DNA of 64,000 nt from Lytechinus pictus (taxonomy: Eukaryota), in NCBI RefSeq assembly GCF_037042905.1, contig NC_087250.1:26414001-26478000 (forward strand), read 5' to 3'. Below the pieces are notes generated by a model that saw nothing but the letters and a program-made list of their open reading frames with translations, ran no database searches and had not been told where the DNA came from. Made by a program: the position numbers and the translations under genes. Below, piece after piece: positions 38,001 to 51,799 of the stretch (position 1 is its first letter; each line of letters begins with the position of its first letter).

Positions 38001-41000
38001 AAAGAGAAAAATTATGTATTTTAAAACTTTGTATCTGGCTGTGCAAGAGTTATTTAGCAAATAATTATTTAATGTAAAAGTCTTTAAAATCAAGGTTTAA
38101 ATGCCAAAAGTTTCCCCCTCTAAACGAGGGATTTATTTTAAGGGCTGTTTAATTCCTGGTTAGAATAATATGCACAGTATATCACTAATAAAAAAAAATT
38201 GGCACGATATTCCTAAGGACAAGCAAATTTAATTTCTAATTGAGTTGGAAACTGCATTACCAGTGGTATTCCTTGTTTGCGCCTTTAATATATACCATCT
38301 TTATTCGCCAAATAATATGCATGTAACATATATGTGGCACTTCTATAAAAAAGAGAGAAAAAAAATTGTACACAATAAATCACAATTAATAAAGTATAGA
38401 GAGAGAAGATAGATTAAATTGAAGCTAAGAAATACATAGGAATTCAATCAACTAACCCACTTCTTCCCTTGTTAACGTGTTGCAGATACTTTCCTGGTCT
38501 CTTACTATCAGTTCTTTCAGAACATTCACATTCAGTTCTTTACAAGCCGGGACATCACAGTCCTTACTCGTATTACATTTACTGAGAAAATATTACACGT
38601 CATTTAAATTATCACAAAAAGTTGAAAAAAGGTACCTTTTGGCATATTTCAAATCCATTCTTATGAATCTCGTCCAAGTCTTCACAATTATGTTATTAAA
38701 CTTTTGAAATCTATATCTTAAAACATTCTCAAGAGGTTGACAATCAGACAGTAAAGCTACCAGATCACAATAAGTCATATTATTAATTCTCCAAAATTTT
38801 CTCAGAGCTTTCCTCTAACAGGTGCATATGTTTAATACAGCTTTACTTCTTAATTTCCACAAGCATGCTCCATAGAAACTACAACAATATTGTTTGAATT
38901 ATGAACACTGCACTGATTATTTAATATGACCAAAATCAGATCTGAGAATATTGAAACTTTTCCAGAATTTAGCAGTAGCTGATGAAACCAAGCTATTCTT
39001 GTCAATAGTTGAAATATGGTGACCTAAGTGAACCCCACTATTGATATTTGACACATTAGTATCATTAATAACAACATAATATTCCCTTGAATTGTTGTCG
39101 CCACCAGTTGGAAAGACAAGACATTTACTTTTAGATCCATTGATAGTAATATCAAAATCTGTGGCAAAGTTCTCACATATTTTTATCATGGTTTGTAAAC
39201 TTTTCTTTGTTGGTGACATAAGAGTGATATCATCAGCATATGCTAAGCATCCCGCAAAATAATTAACAATTCTACAACCAACTATTCCTTAAATTTGCCT
39301 TTTCTGTCTACAAAAATAAAGTTTACCTTTTCTGTTCATTACTTGTTTTCCTTTTCTTTCTTTGCGCCCCCTTTTCCCCTTTTGCGCCCCCATGAAACTG
39401 GCGGGGCACGTGCCCCCCTTGCCCCTCCCTAGATACGCCACTGCTCCTCACATAATATAAGTACTGTTTGTTCATATCACATTCAATAAAAGCGTGTACA
39501 ACGTTGTCTTTAACATGACAGTACGGACAATATTTTTCGTCAGCAATACCCCCCCCCCCATTTAAAAATATTACTTCTAACAGGTAATAAGTTGTATCAA
39601 AGTTTATTATTAAACTCTCGTAAGCGAAGCTCACCTATACATATCAACTTTCTTTTACACACAGAAAACCAGTAAATATCAGACTGCAATATATTTTCAA
39701 ATCAGATTAAAAAAAGTTTACAACTAATTGCCACTATATTGATATAGGTTTAGATCTGGTACATTTAAATAAACTTAGCTTTGTGAAATCATGAAGTCTT
39801 AGCTAAACACCGATAATTCTGATGATCACGAACACAAAAATGCATATGTGGGACAGTGTATTATTAATATTGTTTTTTTTAGATTGTTCTTTGTCCTGAT
39901 GTTGCCATCATAAAATGATGAAAAGTGGCACATGACCGCCACGTAAAAAAAAACATGATCAAATTAAAAGTACAAGGTTTGAGATCAAGCTAATTAAATT
40001 TAAATTAACACCTAAATCTGTATACAGTGCGTCCCAGACAAAACGAAACCGAGATTTATCGATGAGTTATCATAACTTAATCACAAATACAATAGACAAA
40101 TGACCTACCATTGTAAAGCTTAGAATCTCTTCTTTCATCTGAAATTACTTAGATTATTTCTCATTCACGCATGAGTGAGCTAAAACAATTTGAAGAGGGG
40201 ATACCAAAAAGTCATTTGGCGGGCTGTATCTGGGTTTCAAAAAGAAAACCACATTTTAAGAAAAATCAATATCTGCTCTTTAATTTGATACCTCAATTAC
40301 AGAAAATGGTCAAGAAATAACAAAGTTCTGGTTATTTGAAATAAGGCTTGAATTTCAATAATTTCATAAAATGAAGAGGAGGTTCTACAGGCTAGCGTTC
40401 AAACTCACTTGACACTCCGTTTTGTTGACGATCAGCCATGCATTAAGTCTTTTGTTAACCATGCGATAGCTTCTGTGGTAAACCGTCGAAAACACGTTTA
40501 TTTAACAAAATTATGGAAATACAAGCATTGTTTCCAGTGGCGTACCTAGGATTTTTCACAGGGGGGGGGGGGCAAAACCGTCCGCCAAAAATTTGACAAG
40601 CAAAAAAAAAAAAAGGTCTTCAATCACAAATGAAGGATTTCGTACCAGACCAAAATTTGAAGGAAAAAAAAGGTCTTCAAGCTCTTCAGGGGGGGGGGGG
40701 GGGGCAAAAAAGGTCTTTCAAGCTTGTCAGGGGGGGGGGCAGGGATACGTCCTTTGCATGGGTTTTGGTTCGTCAGGGGGGGGCAGGTACGCTAGTGATT
40801 GTTTCGAGGAAACATAACTTTTTTACTTTTTGGCCATTTTTTGTGATTAAGGTATCAAATAAAAGAGCAGATATTGAACTTTTTAGGCATGTGATTTTCT
40901 TTTTGAAATTCAGATACACCCCGCCAAATGAGTTTTTGGTATCCTTTCTTGAAGTTGTTTTTGCTCACTCATGCGTGAATGAAGAATAATCTACCTAATA

Positions 41001-44000
41001 TCAGATGAAAGAGGAGATTTGAAGCTTTAAATTGGTAGGTCATTTGTCTATTGTATTTGTGATTAAGTTATGATAAATCATCGCTTAATCTCGGTTTCGT
41101 TTTTTCTGGGACGCACTGTATGTTGGCAGCTAAATGGAATGTGTTAGAGGGAGTGACTTCCACAGCCGAGACGTCATTGGAATATATGAAGATTGATGAA
41201 GAGAAGTATTTGACTTTAGGACAATGACTCTGTAGGGGTGGGCATCTTGGAAAATACCCGACATTTTATGGAATTCCGTGCCTTTTATTTCTGAGCTATT
41301 ACATTTATTCTTACAGTGAAACAGTTCGGTGGTCATTTTATTGGATTCTGTTCGAAGTCATTTTGAGATCGTTACCACAATTTCCATTTATCTTTAACTG
41401 ATGAAAACAAATATGAATATCCAATTTGCAATGCAGAATATAAATGTATATATGTTTGATAAAAATCAATGAATCTATCTTGTCGTATGAAAATGAGCAG
41501 GTAAAGACTAGGTCTGAATTATCATTTTTAAAGGTCAAGTCCACCCCAACAAAGTGTTGAATTGAATCAATAGAGAAAAATCAGACAAGCACAATGCTGA
41601 AAATTTCATCAAAATCGGATGTAAAATAAGAAAGTTATGACATTTCAAAGTTTCGCTTATTTTTAACAAAATAGTTATATGAACGAGCCAGTTACATCCA
41701 AATTAGAGAGTCGATGATGTCACTCACTCACTATTTCTTTTGTTTTTTATTGTTTGAATTACACAATATTTCAATTTTTACGAATTTGACGATTAGGACC
41801 TCCTTGCCTGAACCACAAAATGTTAAAATAATGGAATTCCATGTATTCAGGGAGGAATGAAACTTCATTTCACATGACAATGACGAGAAAATCAAAATAT
41901 TTCATAATTCATATAATAAAATACAAAAGAAATAGTGAGTGATGTCATCAGTTCCCTCATTTGCATACCGACCGGGATGTGCAAATAACTCTTTTGTGAA
42001 ATGAAGCGAAACTTTAAAATGTCCTAACTTTCTTATTTTACATCCGATTTTGATGAAATTTTCAGTGTTATGCTTGTTGAATTTTTCTGTTTTTATTCGA
42101 ATCAAGTTTTTGTTGGGGTGGACTTGTCCTTTAAATACAGGAAGCTAGATGATACAACTATGGCCTTGGTTTTGTTATATTGCGAATGCACTATAGCTTT
42201 CTCCCTATCATGCTCTACTTATCATAGATACTTGAGAAGGCATGCTTGTATATGATTTTTAAATCTCTACTTTTTTCATACAAAATTGAGCAGATGAAAA
42301 TATTCAGTGGTTTATAGCATAGAAAACCGAATGGAAAATGAACTTTTTTGAGAAATTACTCATGAATAAGAGGAGAAAATGAAAGGTTCTTTTGATGAAC
42401 AGAATGATCTTGATAATATATGCAAAACAAGTCATATATTTCTTGCGTAATTGGAATTTCATATCACTTAATAACATTTGTTTGCTAAAAACAGGTTAAT
42501 AAAGTAACTAATTCATGTAATTTGAAACTTTGTTAAAAAGTAAACTGTTTAGGTTTATTTCACTGAAGAATTTATACACACTTAGTTTTCAGAAGCATAA
42601 CACGTTTTAATGTGTTTTTTGTTTCTTCATTATATTGCATTTTCCCTTTGCAGGTAGCTTTTTTAATAATCGGACACAGAAACGTATATCATTTTTTTTG
42701 TACGAAAAATAAAAAATGAAATAATCTGAAAATTGACACATTTATATTTAGATGTACATAATATCTTGGAGATATATTTTTTTATTTGCTCGCATCTTGA
42801 ATGAAACGAAATAAAAATCCTTGTTATTTTATCCTTGAAATATAAATGAATTATGCAAGATTTGCGTGATAGAATAAGAGTAAAATCATGTTTCTTCTGT
42901 ATGAAGAATGATAAAAGAAAAGAAGATCGAGAATAAAAAAAAAATTGCATTTTTTGCATTCAACATTTTTCAAATCTGCCTACGAATATGTTTTGCTTAT
43001 TTTATTTTATATTTTTTTCATTAAAAGATGCTTAAAATTGAAGAAAGATGATGTTTTGAAGATGTGTTGGATTGAAAAAAGGGATAGCTTAAAAGTTTTA
43101 TCCTTTAGCATATTTTTATGTATCCATCATCGTCCTATGTTATCTGAGTTATTTTCGTAATGCTCTTTTCTTTTTGCCTACGTACATTAAACAACCTGTA
43201 ATTATTATCGCTTGCATATAAATATGCCCAGTTTGTATATTGCGAGTTTTGTGACCTTTTTTCTGTACACCTTATTTAAAAAATAAAAAAAGCTTAGACC
43301 TTTTCTATCGAATCATTTTAATGGTGGCATGAAGAACACAATGGCAATGATACTGGCAAACAGTGATGTTTTATTCAACAGCTTTTTATTGTGTCTTTCA
43401 GCGACATTGCTTTACATGTTTGTATTTTACTTTTTGGTGGTAACTTTTGTCTTCAACTCTTACTTGTCTTTGTATATAGGAGCATATCATTCAGAATGCT
43501 TTAAACTTTGGTACATTATGCAGGAGCCGTGTAGACATTCCGTAACATGTAATAGGCCTAAATTTTCCAGATGTTCCTTTTGTTACAATGGATTCATATA
43601 TCGATATACGTCTGTTATTTTGATCAATTGCAATGTTCTACTAAAGATAACATTTACAGTCTCTGCTATGTACGCATTTACCTTTGCATTCTTCCGAATA
43701 TTTGTGCTATGCCGATGAGTATGGATGTTTTCCCAATGCATTCTTTAGATGAGAATAAATTTACTTCCTTGTTTAACAATTCACAACCCCAGTTTCTTCC
43801 TAGTCACGGAGATGGTGCAGATAACTTTGAAGAAAGTATTTCTGAACAGCTAAATCGTGAAATGCAATCTCTTTCCGTAACAATCGATCCTAACGACCTT
43901 TTATCACCAATATCTGAATCTACATACCTGACTGAAAATGAATTTGTTAAAGAATCTTCCGCGTTTAAAAAAAATATGTCTTTCTTCCAGTTTAATATTA

Positions 44001-47000
44001 GAAGCCTCTCAAGAAATCTGGACAATTTCAAATCATTTCTTGACAAATTATCTTTTGATTTCTCTGTTATTGGGTTATGCGAAACCTGGCTGACTGATGG
44101 AAATTATCCATTACATCTTTTCATGCTTTTAGATAGGTATACATATTTTGGGAATAATCGAAAAAACAAAACCGGTGGAGGTGTGGGATTGTACGTCTTA
44201 ATCCAGTTTCAAACGAAGTCTTTAGAGGAATTAAATCAAATGTCAAACGTTGCTGAAACTGTTTTTGTTGAAATTATTGTCCTAAGAGGGAAAAATATTG
44301 TAATTGGTGAAATTTATAAACCACCTCAAGCAAATCCTCTTGATTTTTTTGAATTACTTGAGGGCCTTTTATCTGCACCAACTCTAGAACATAAAGTATG
44401 CTTTATCATGGGAGATTTTAATTTAGATCTCTTGAAATGTAACTCGTGTAATGTATGTCAACAATTTTATGATATAATGCTTTCGAAATCGCTTTTACCT
44501 TTAATTAACAAACCCACTCGAATATCTTATGTATCTTCAACCCTTATAAATAACATTTTTACAAATGTTGATCAATGCTTAAGTTCCGGAATTATTATCA
44601 GTGATATGTCTGATCACTTCCCCGTATTTACTTTTTTCCCAACCCCCGACCATATCATAGACTGCTCCAGGTCTATGACCCGTAACTTTTCTGAAGACAA
44701 TTTATACAAATTTAGAGAATGTTTAGCACAAGCCGACTGGTCTCAGGTGTACACAAATTCCGACCCTAATGAAGCATATAATATTTTTGTTAACAGGCTT
44801 CTTAATTTGTATAATACCAACATTCCTTTGAAGTCTTCATCTCGGAACTAAAAAAAAAACTCCGAGATCTCCCAGGATCACTACGTCTCTTCTTCGTTGT
44901 ATTAACCGGAAAAATCGTCTCTTTTATAAGCACAAAAAAATTAAATCAGATCAAAGTAAACGTCGATACTCTTCATATCGTAATACCCTTACTACTTTAC
45001 TTCGGACCGCTAAAAAGAATTATTTTTCTAGACAATTTGAAGAAAACAAATATGATGTCTCAAGTACGTGGAAGGTGATAAACGATGTTCTAAATAAAAA
45101 ACAAAATCACCATATATTTCTACAATTATGATCAACAGCTCCGAAAATAGAAATCCAATGTTGATTGCTGAAACATTTAATGATTATTTCATAAATATTG
45201 GCCCAAATCTTGCCCGCGGCATTCCAACTTCCGATGTTGATTTTCGATCGTTTTTAAAAGAACCAAACGGTCAATCTATATTTCTTACTCCCATTACTTC
45301 TCGTGAAATTATGATCATTGTTAAAGATTTGAAAACTAAAAAAAGCTCTGGGTATGATAATATTACGAATTTTCTTTTGAAGAAGACTATAAATGAAAAA
45401 ATACAACCGCTAACTTATTTATTCAACTTATCTTTAATAACTGGGGTAGTACCAGAAAAAATGAAAATATCAAAGGTCATACCGATACATAAGAAAGGTA
45501 ATAAACATGATATTGGAAATTATCGTCCCATTTCGCTCTTAAGCTCTTTCCAAAATTCTTGAAAAAATAATATACTCCCGCAATGTTAATTTTCTATATA
45601 AATATAATATTTTATCGAAGGTTCAATTTGGTTTTAGAAAGAAACATTCAACTACCCATGCATTATTGATGTTTATAGATAAAATAGATACATCAATAGA
45701 CGCCTTTTCTCATACTGTTGGTTTATTTCTGGACTTCTCCAAGGCCTTTGATACAATTAATCATGACATTCTTATTTTCAAATTATCACATTATGGAATA
45801 CGTGGAAAGGCCTTGGAGTGGTTCAGAAGTTATCTATCTAACCGTCAGCAGTTTGTATGTATTAACAATCAAGAATATCATAAAAAAAACTTATTACATG
45901 CGGAGTGCCACAGGGGTCTTTACTAGGCCCTTTATTATTTCTCATTTACATTAATGACTTTCAAAATTGTTCTAATATTATTTCATTCCTTCTGTTTGCA
46001 GATGACTCCAATATATTTATCTCTCACAAAAATCCTCAAACTCTCTTACAAACACTAAATCATGAACTGATTTCTGTTCTTAACTGGATACATTCCAATA
46101 AATTGTCTCTAAATATCAATAAATCAAATTATATCTTATTCAGTAATACGATCGCTAATTTACCCGGACCTGTATTTTTAAACAAAACATCTTGTTAAGG
46201 TTGACATGACAAAATTTCTTGGCGTATATATCGACAGAAAATTAACTTGGAAAGCCCACATTAATCACATTAGTAAAATTATATCCAGAAATGCTGGTGT
46301 CATTTGCAAACTTAAGTCATCTTTTCCCACCCGTGTCTTGTTATGTTTATACTCCACTCTAATTTTGCCGTATTTAAATTACGGTATCCTTTCTTGGGGG
46401 AACAGTTCAAAACTTCATATAAATAAAATTTTACTTATCCAAAGAAGACTAATAAGAATTATTAATAATACAAGTTACCGGGCTCATTCTATGCCACTCT
46501 TTTATTCATGTAATGTTCTACAAATCCATGATCTTTATGCATTTAACCTTGGAATATTTATGTTTCAACTCTCAATAAAAGAATTACCTACTACCGTATC
46601 TTCTCTATTTAGAAAGAATGACGAGATTCATAGCTATCCTACTCGTCAAAGTCATTATTATCATCTTCCACGTACTCGTACAGCTTTTTCATTCTAAACA
46701 AATGTCTAAACGACAATTCATCGGCTCCCTAGTGTTCCTCTTAACTATTGTCAGTCCACCTCCCTTTGCTTTTTTTCCTTCTTTTTATCTCCTTCTTTCT
46801 CTCGTTTTTTTAGGAAATATATATATATTTTTTCTCTCTCTCTTACTCTTTCTTTTCTTGTAACATATTGATATTAAAACAAGTTGACAATTACTTATAA
46901 TTTTATTAATAGGGAAACTATAAATTACAAGCTCTGCTTTTTAAATAGTTTGCCCTTCATATTCTCATCTTATTGATATATCTGTCTCCAATCCAAACGT

Positions 47001-50000
47001 TCAATTGTATAACATTTGTCTGATTTATTATGAATTATGGTGATGTATTGTATTATTTTATTATCAATGATTTACTGTTTTTCGATGGACGTTACATTGT
47101 ATTTGATATTTTATGAGATATGAAAATAAACCAAACTGAACCAAACTGAAACTGAACTGAATATATATATATATATGTATTTGTATACATATATAATATC
47201 CTCTTTTAGAGTAGTGCATTATGGGAAATGACAATCGTATGTACTCTACCTAATATCTTGGCTACTCTGGCGTAGTTTCGCTCACTAATATTCGGCCATA
47301 TTGCTTTCACGCCATCTTCTGCCGTGATAGCTGCTAGTGCATTTACTCCAGACGATAGCGTGCTGCAGGAAGGGATAAATCGAAATATGAAATGATTCAT
47401 CAATGTTCGGTTTCTTCAATATCTATTTTTTTGTCTTCAAAATTCAGATTTTTTTTAATTCGCTTGGTATCATCCTTCTACGGATAACGAGATTAAAACA
47501 AGAACAATCTGAAATTAGACTATTCATTTTTGAAATATAGTTCCATTTTTGAATACACAAGAAAATGTTACAACTGGCGCAATTAATGGTCTCCGAAATA
47601 GTGCATTTTTTTCGTGAGACGAAATGGTTGTCAGGTTGCTTCTCCCCTAACCCTCAATCAATAATTGCCCGAGGGTTACAGGACATGGTATTATGAATAA
47701 CCGTCAAAGAATACCGGTGCTATGAATTTCAAGAGTTTTTAATTTATCATTTCATTCATCTACTTGCTTTTTCTTTTCCTTTTTTTCCTTTAACTTGTTT
47801 TCTTTTCCCTTTTTTACGTTGAATGTAAATTGCAAAATATCCTTGTCCTTTTATATACTTGTCAATTTGTATGCAAATATAGAGAATTGAATTGTATATC
47901 AGTTAGCCTACCTCAGAGATGCACTGACAACTGATGCTAGAAATACACCAGGCAATCCGGGAATTTCGGCAAACAACTCCATCACAAGGAGAGGCATTAT
48001 CTAAAAAAATATATATATATTTATAACGAAATTCGATTCCGGAAAGTAGTTTATGGGGAAAATGAAATTTCAATATAAGAGGTGGCAATGAACCGAGATG
48101 CAGATCAGCTCTAAATGAAAGGAACTGAACTTAGACCTACGGATAAAGATGTAAACAAGTGTATCCAGTGGGCATTTTATGTAACGATTTTTGTAAGTGT
48201 TAAGGAGATCTTACAGCTTTTTCACCAAAGAGAACCTATCTACCCGATAGTTTATATTAAGCAATATATACCTGGTCACGTGACGAGACGACCTTCGATT
48301 TCCATGGGTCGCAGTTTACGTAGTAGGCGTACATAACCAATCCAGAAAAGATGCATAGGGCAAATATTATCCCCTTTAAGAGGACCGCGAGGAACAAGGC
48401 CCTACAGACATGAAAAGAAAATTTAAATTATTTCGAAACAAGAAAACAGCTGTTGTTTTGTATGTTAACTATTTACTGTTTCGAGCTTATGCATGAACAA
48501 AATTTCAACAATTTTTTTCTATTCGGCATCTATATTGCACACGATTTTAATATAATCATAAAGCCAAATATTTTAGTAACCAATACAATAATACATTGAG
48601 CAGTGATTTACTTTTTATCATGATTTTTATTTATTGTTTCTGTCTTGTAATTTCACATTTTTTCATTGATTTGTTTATTTATCTATCTTTATATTTATTT
48701 ATTCATCTATTTTGGTGGGGATTTAAAACATTTCTATGCAGAGCGTTGGCAATAAAAAATGCGCTGGAAATACCATTACCTCACCCTTACCGTGTTTACA
48801 TGTGATCGGCTTTTGGTTCAGAGCCGCGAGCCGATGCAGAATCGGCTTTTGGGTTTATCTTGCACCGCGTTTACACGCTGCATCGGCTCGCGTGTCAAAA
48901 GCCTGAAACGATCCGCGCACCAACAATATACGTCATAATAAAGACAACGCTGGATCCATGCGCTTACATGGACGTCATAATGGTAAAGTAAATTAAATGC
49001 GCTTGAATTGCCGATGCAGAATCGGCTTTCTGTTAACACGCAGAAAAAAACCCGATTCTGCATCGGCACGCGGTTCTGAACCTACTACTTTGGTGGTGCA
49101 AAATTTCCGATTCTGCACCGAGAGCCGATGCAAGTTACACGCAATGAAAAAGCCGATGCAGCGTGTAAATTGTTGCCCATACGCCTTGTCTCACCTGCTC
49201 AATTTTTGGAAGTTACTTACTGTATGGCCCTGGGCTTGGTTCCACAAGCAATAAGGCGTTGAACCTCTATTTGGTTTGGTCTTGCCCCGTTAATGGTACC
49301 TCCTATCAACATAGTCCACAGTGTATATAGGATCCTCGGATCGGGGTTCCCCCTAAATAACAGTTAAATGAAAATTTAGAACGGCAGCCTACACTACATC
49401 TCTTATTTTTTTTAGCACAATGTTGGCTAAGAAATTAAAACGATCGTTGCAATCGCTGGTTCTGGGGAAGAAAGGAGACGATTGTAATTATAATAATAGA
49501 CATTTAAAGTAAACCCATCCCACTGCAACAATAATTTGATATATTTTTTCAATTTATTTATTTTATTGAAATATATTTATTCAGGAAAAACACAAGATTT
49601 GTATAAAATTTCTTTTTTACATCAGATTCCTTAAAGGTTAAAAAGTTACATCAAAATTCAAAAATCAAAACTGATATAAGAATACGGCCAGCTGCATATA
49701 ATATGCTAAAAAAATAAGAATGACAATGGCAGTTCGTATCAACGCAATTTATTTATTTGAATAGATGGTTAAATTAAATACATCATAGATATTTGTTGCT
49801 GAGCACTATACATAAATGATTAATAAAGAAATTCCTTCAATAATGAATAAACCAAAAATAATGGTTGACAATGATAATGATAGCTATTATGATAATGATG
49901 ATAATAATTATCAAAATAGTATTTTTAACGACAACAAATAATGATATCAAATTCATGAGATTATATGTGATTAGATAAACCTTTGACAATAAATAATCGA

Positions 50001-51765
50001 AATTAAAAGTTAAAAAGTGTGATTGCTTGATTATATCAATTAATAAATGAACGTATGTACATGTAATTACAGAGATAAATGAATGCAAATGATTAAATAA
50101 GTCGATCATGTAATCACACAAATTTGTATGTTAATCATCTCAAATGGGGAGTTGGTAAAATTGGCAAAAACAATCTTTACTCTAGAAACTGGATCCGATC
50201 GCCCTGTTCAGCAATTTGCCAAACTTTGTCGAGACCGCCGACCACCATGGTCCCTTTGATGATGAGGGCGATGACACCGACGATCATGATGATTCCTTGG
50301 AGGGTGTCTGTCCACACGACTGCCTTCAAACCACCCTGCACACATGCAATGTACAGTGCGTCCCAGAAAAAACGAAACCGAGATTTAGCGATGATTTATC
50401 ATAACTTAATCACAAATAAAATAGACAAATGACCTACCAATGTGAAGCTTAGAATCTCCTCTTTCATCTGATATTAATTAGATTATTCCTCATTCACGCA
50501 TGAGTGAGCAAAAAAAATTGAAGGAAGGATACCAAAAACTCTTTTGGCGGGGGGTATATGAATTTCAAAAAGAACATCACATGTCTTAAAAGTTCAATAT
50601 GTGTTCTTTAATTTGATACCTCAATTACAGAAAATGGTCAAGAAATAACAAAGTTCTGGTTATTTGAAATAAGGCTTGAATTTCCATAATTTCATTAAAT
50701 TTAATATCCAATCAAGTGTGACCGAGTTAGAACAATGGACTCTCAATAATAATATGAAACTGAATCCCAAGAAATGTTCAAGTATGACAGTAACGTTCAT
50801 GCGTAACCCTCCTCTGCCAATCATTTTATTAATTGAGGGTCAAGAAATTACTCAAACAGATTGTATAAAGTTACTAGGGGTTAATATACAGAGTGATCTT
50901 AAATGGTCTTCACATGTAAATGAAATGGTAAAGAAGGCAAACGTGAGACTGCACATGCTGCGAAATCTAATCAGGTTTCGACTGCCAATTGACGATTTGG
51001 TTAAAATCTATGTTTCTTACATTCGACCGGTGCTCGAATATTGCGCTCCCGTGTGGAGCTCGGGCTTAACTTCTACCCAAGTTGTTCAAATTGAACGTAT
51101 TCAGAAGCGCGCGTGTCGCATGATTCTAGGATTTCAGTACATTTCCTACGAGAATGCTCTCCAGCGGTGCCGTTTGCCCACTCTGAGTCACCGCAGGGAA
51201 TGCCTCTGTCTCAGCTTCGCGCAGAGACTCTTGGGTCCTAGCGCGAGGTTCAGACATTGGCTTCCCCATACACGCGGTGAATCACACTCTAAGAATCTCA
51301 GAAACAATAACAAATTCACCGAATTGCAATGTAAAACTGTTAGGCATAGAAATAGTCCTTTGCCATATCTAATCCGACTATTGAATGCTCACTGTAATTA
51401 ATATATTTTCAACCACATGTAGTGAATCAGCTTGCAGTGCATGCGTCTTTCTAATTCTCTCATCCTTTTTTTTTTTTTTTTTTTTTTTTTTATCCACTTA
51501 ATAAGTTTCCATCTTCTCTCTTAATTTGGTCTACATTTCTGTCTGTTCTTCGTTTTTTTTTCTTTCTTTTGGTTTCCTATTTCATTCTTTTCTTTTCCTC
51601 TCTTTTTCCAGTTTTCATTAACTTAATTCTTTTAATAATTACTAATGTTTTTTTTTTTCTACTCTGTTTTTTTTTTTTTCGTTTCTCTCTCCCCTCCATT
51701 TACTCATCTCTTTCTTTTTTTTTCTCTCTTTCTATCTCTCTTTCATTCTTTCCTTCTTAAGCTCC

Positions 51766-51799
<34 letters not shown>

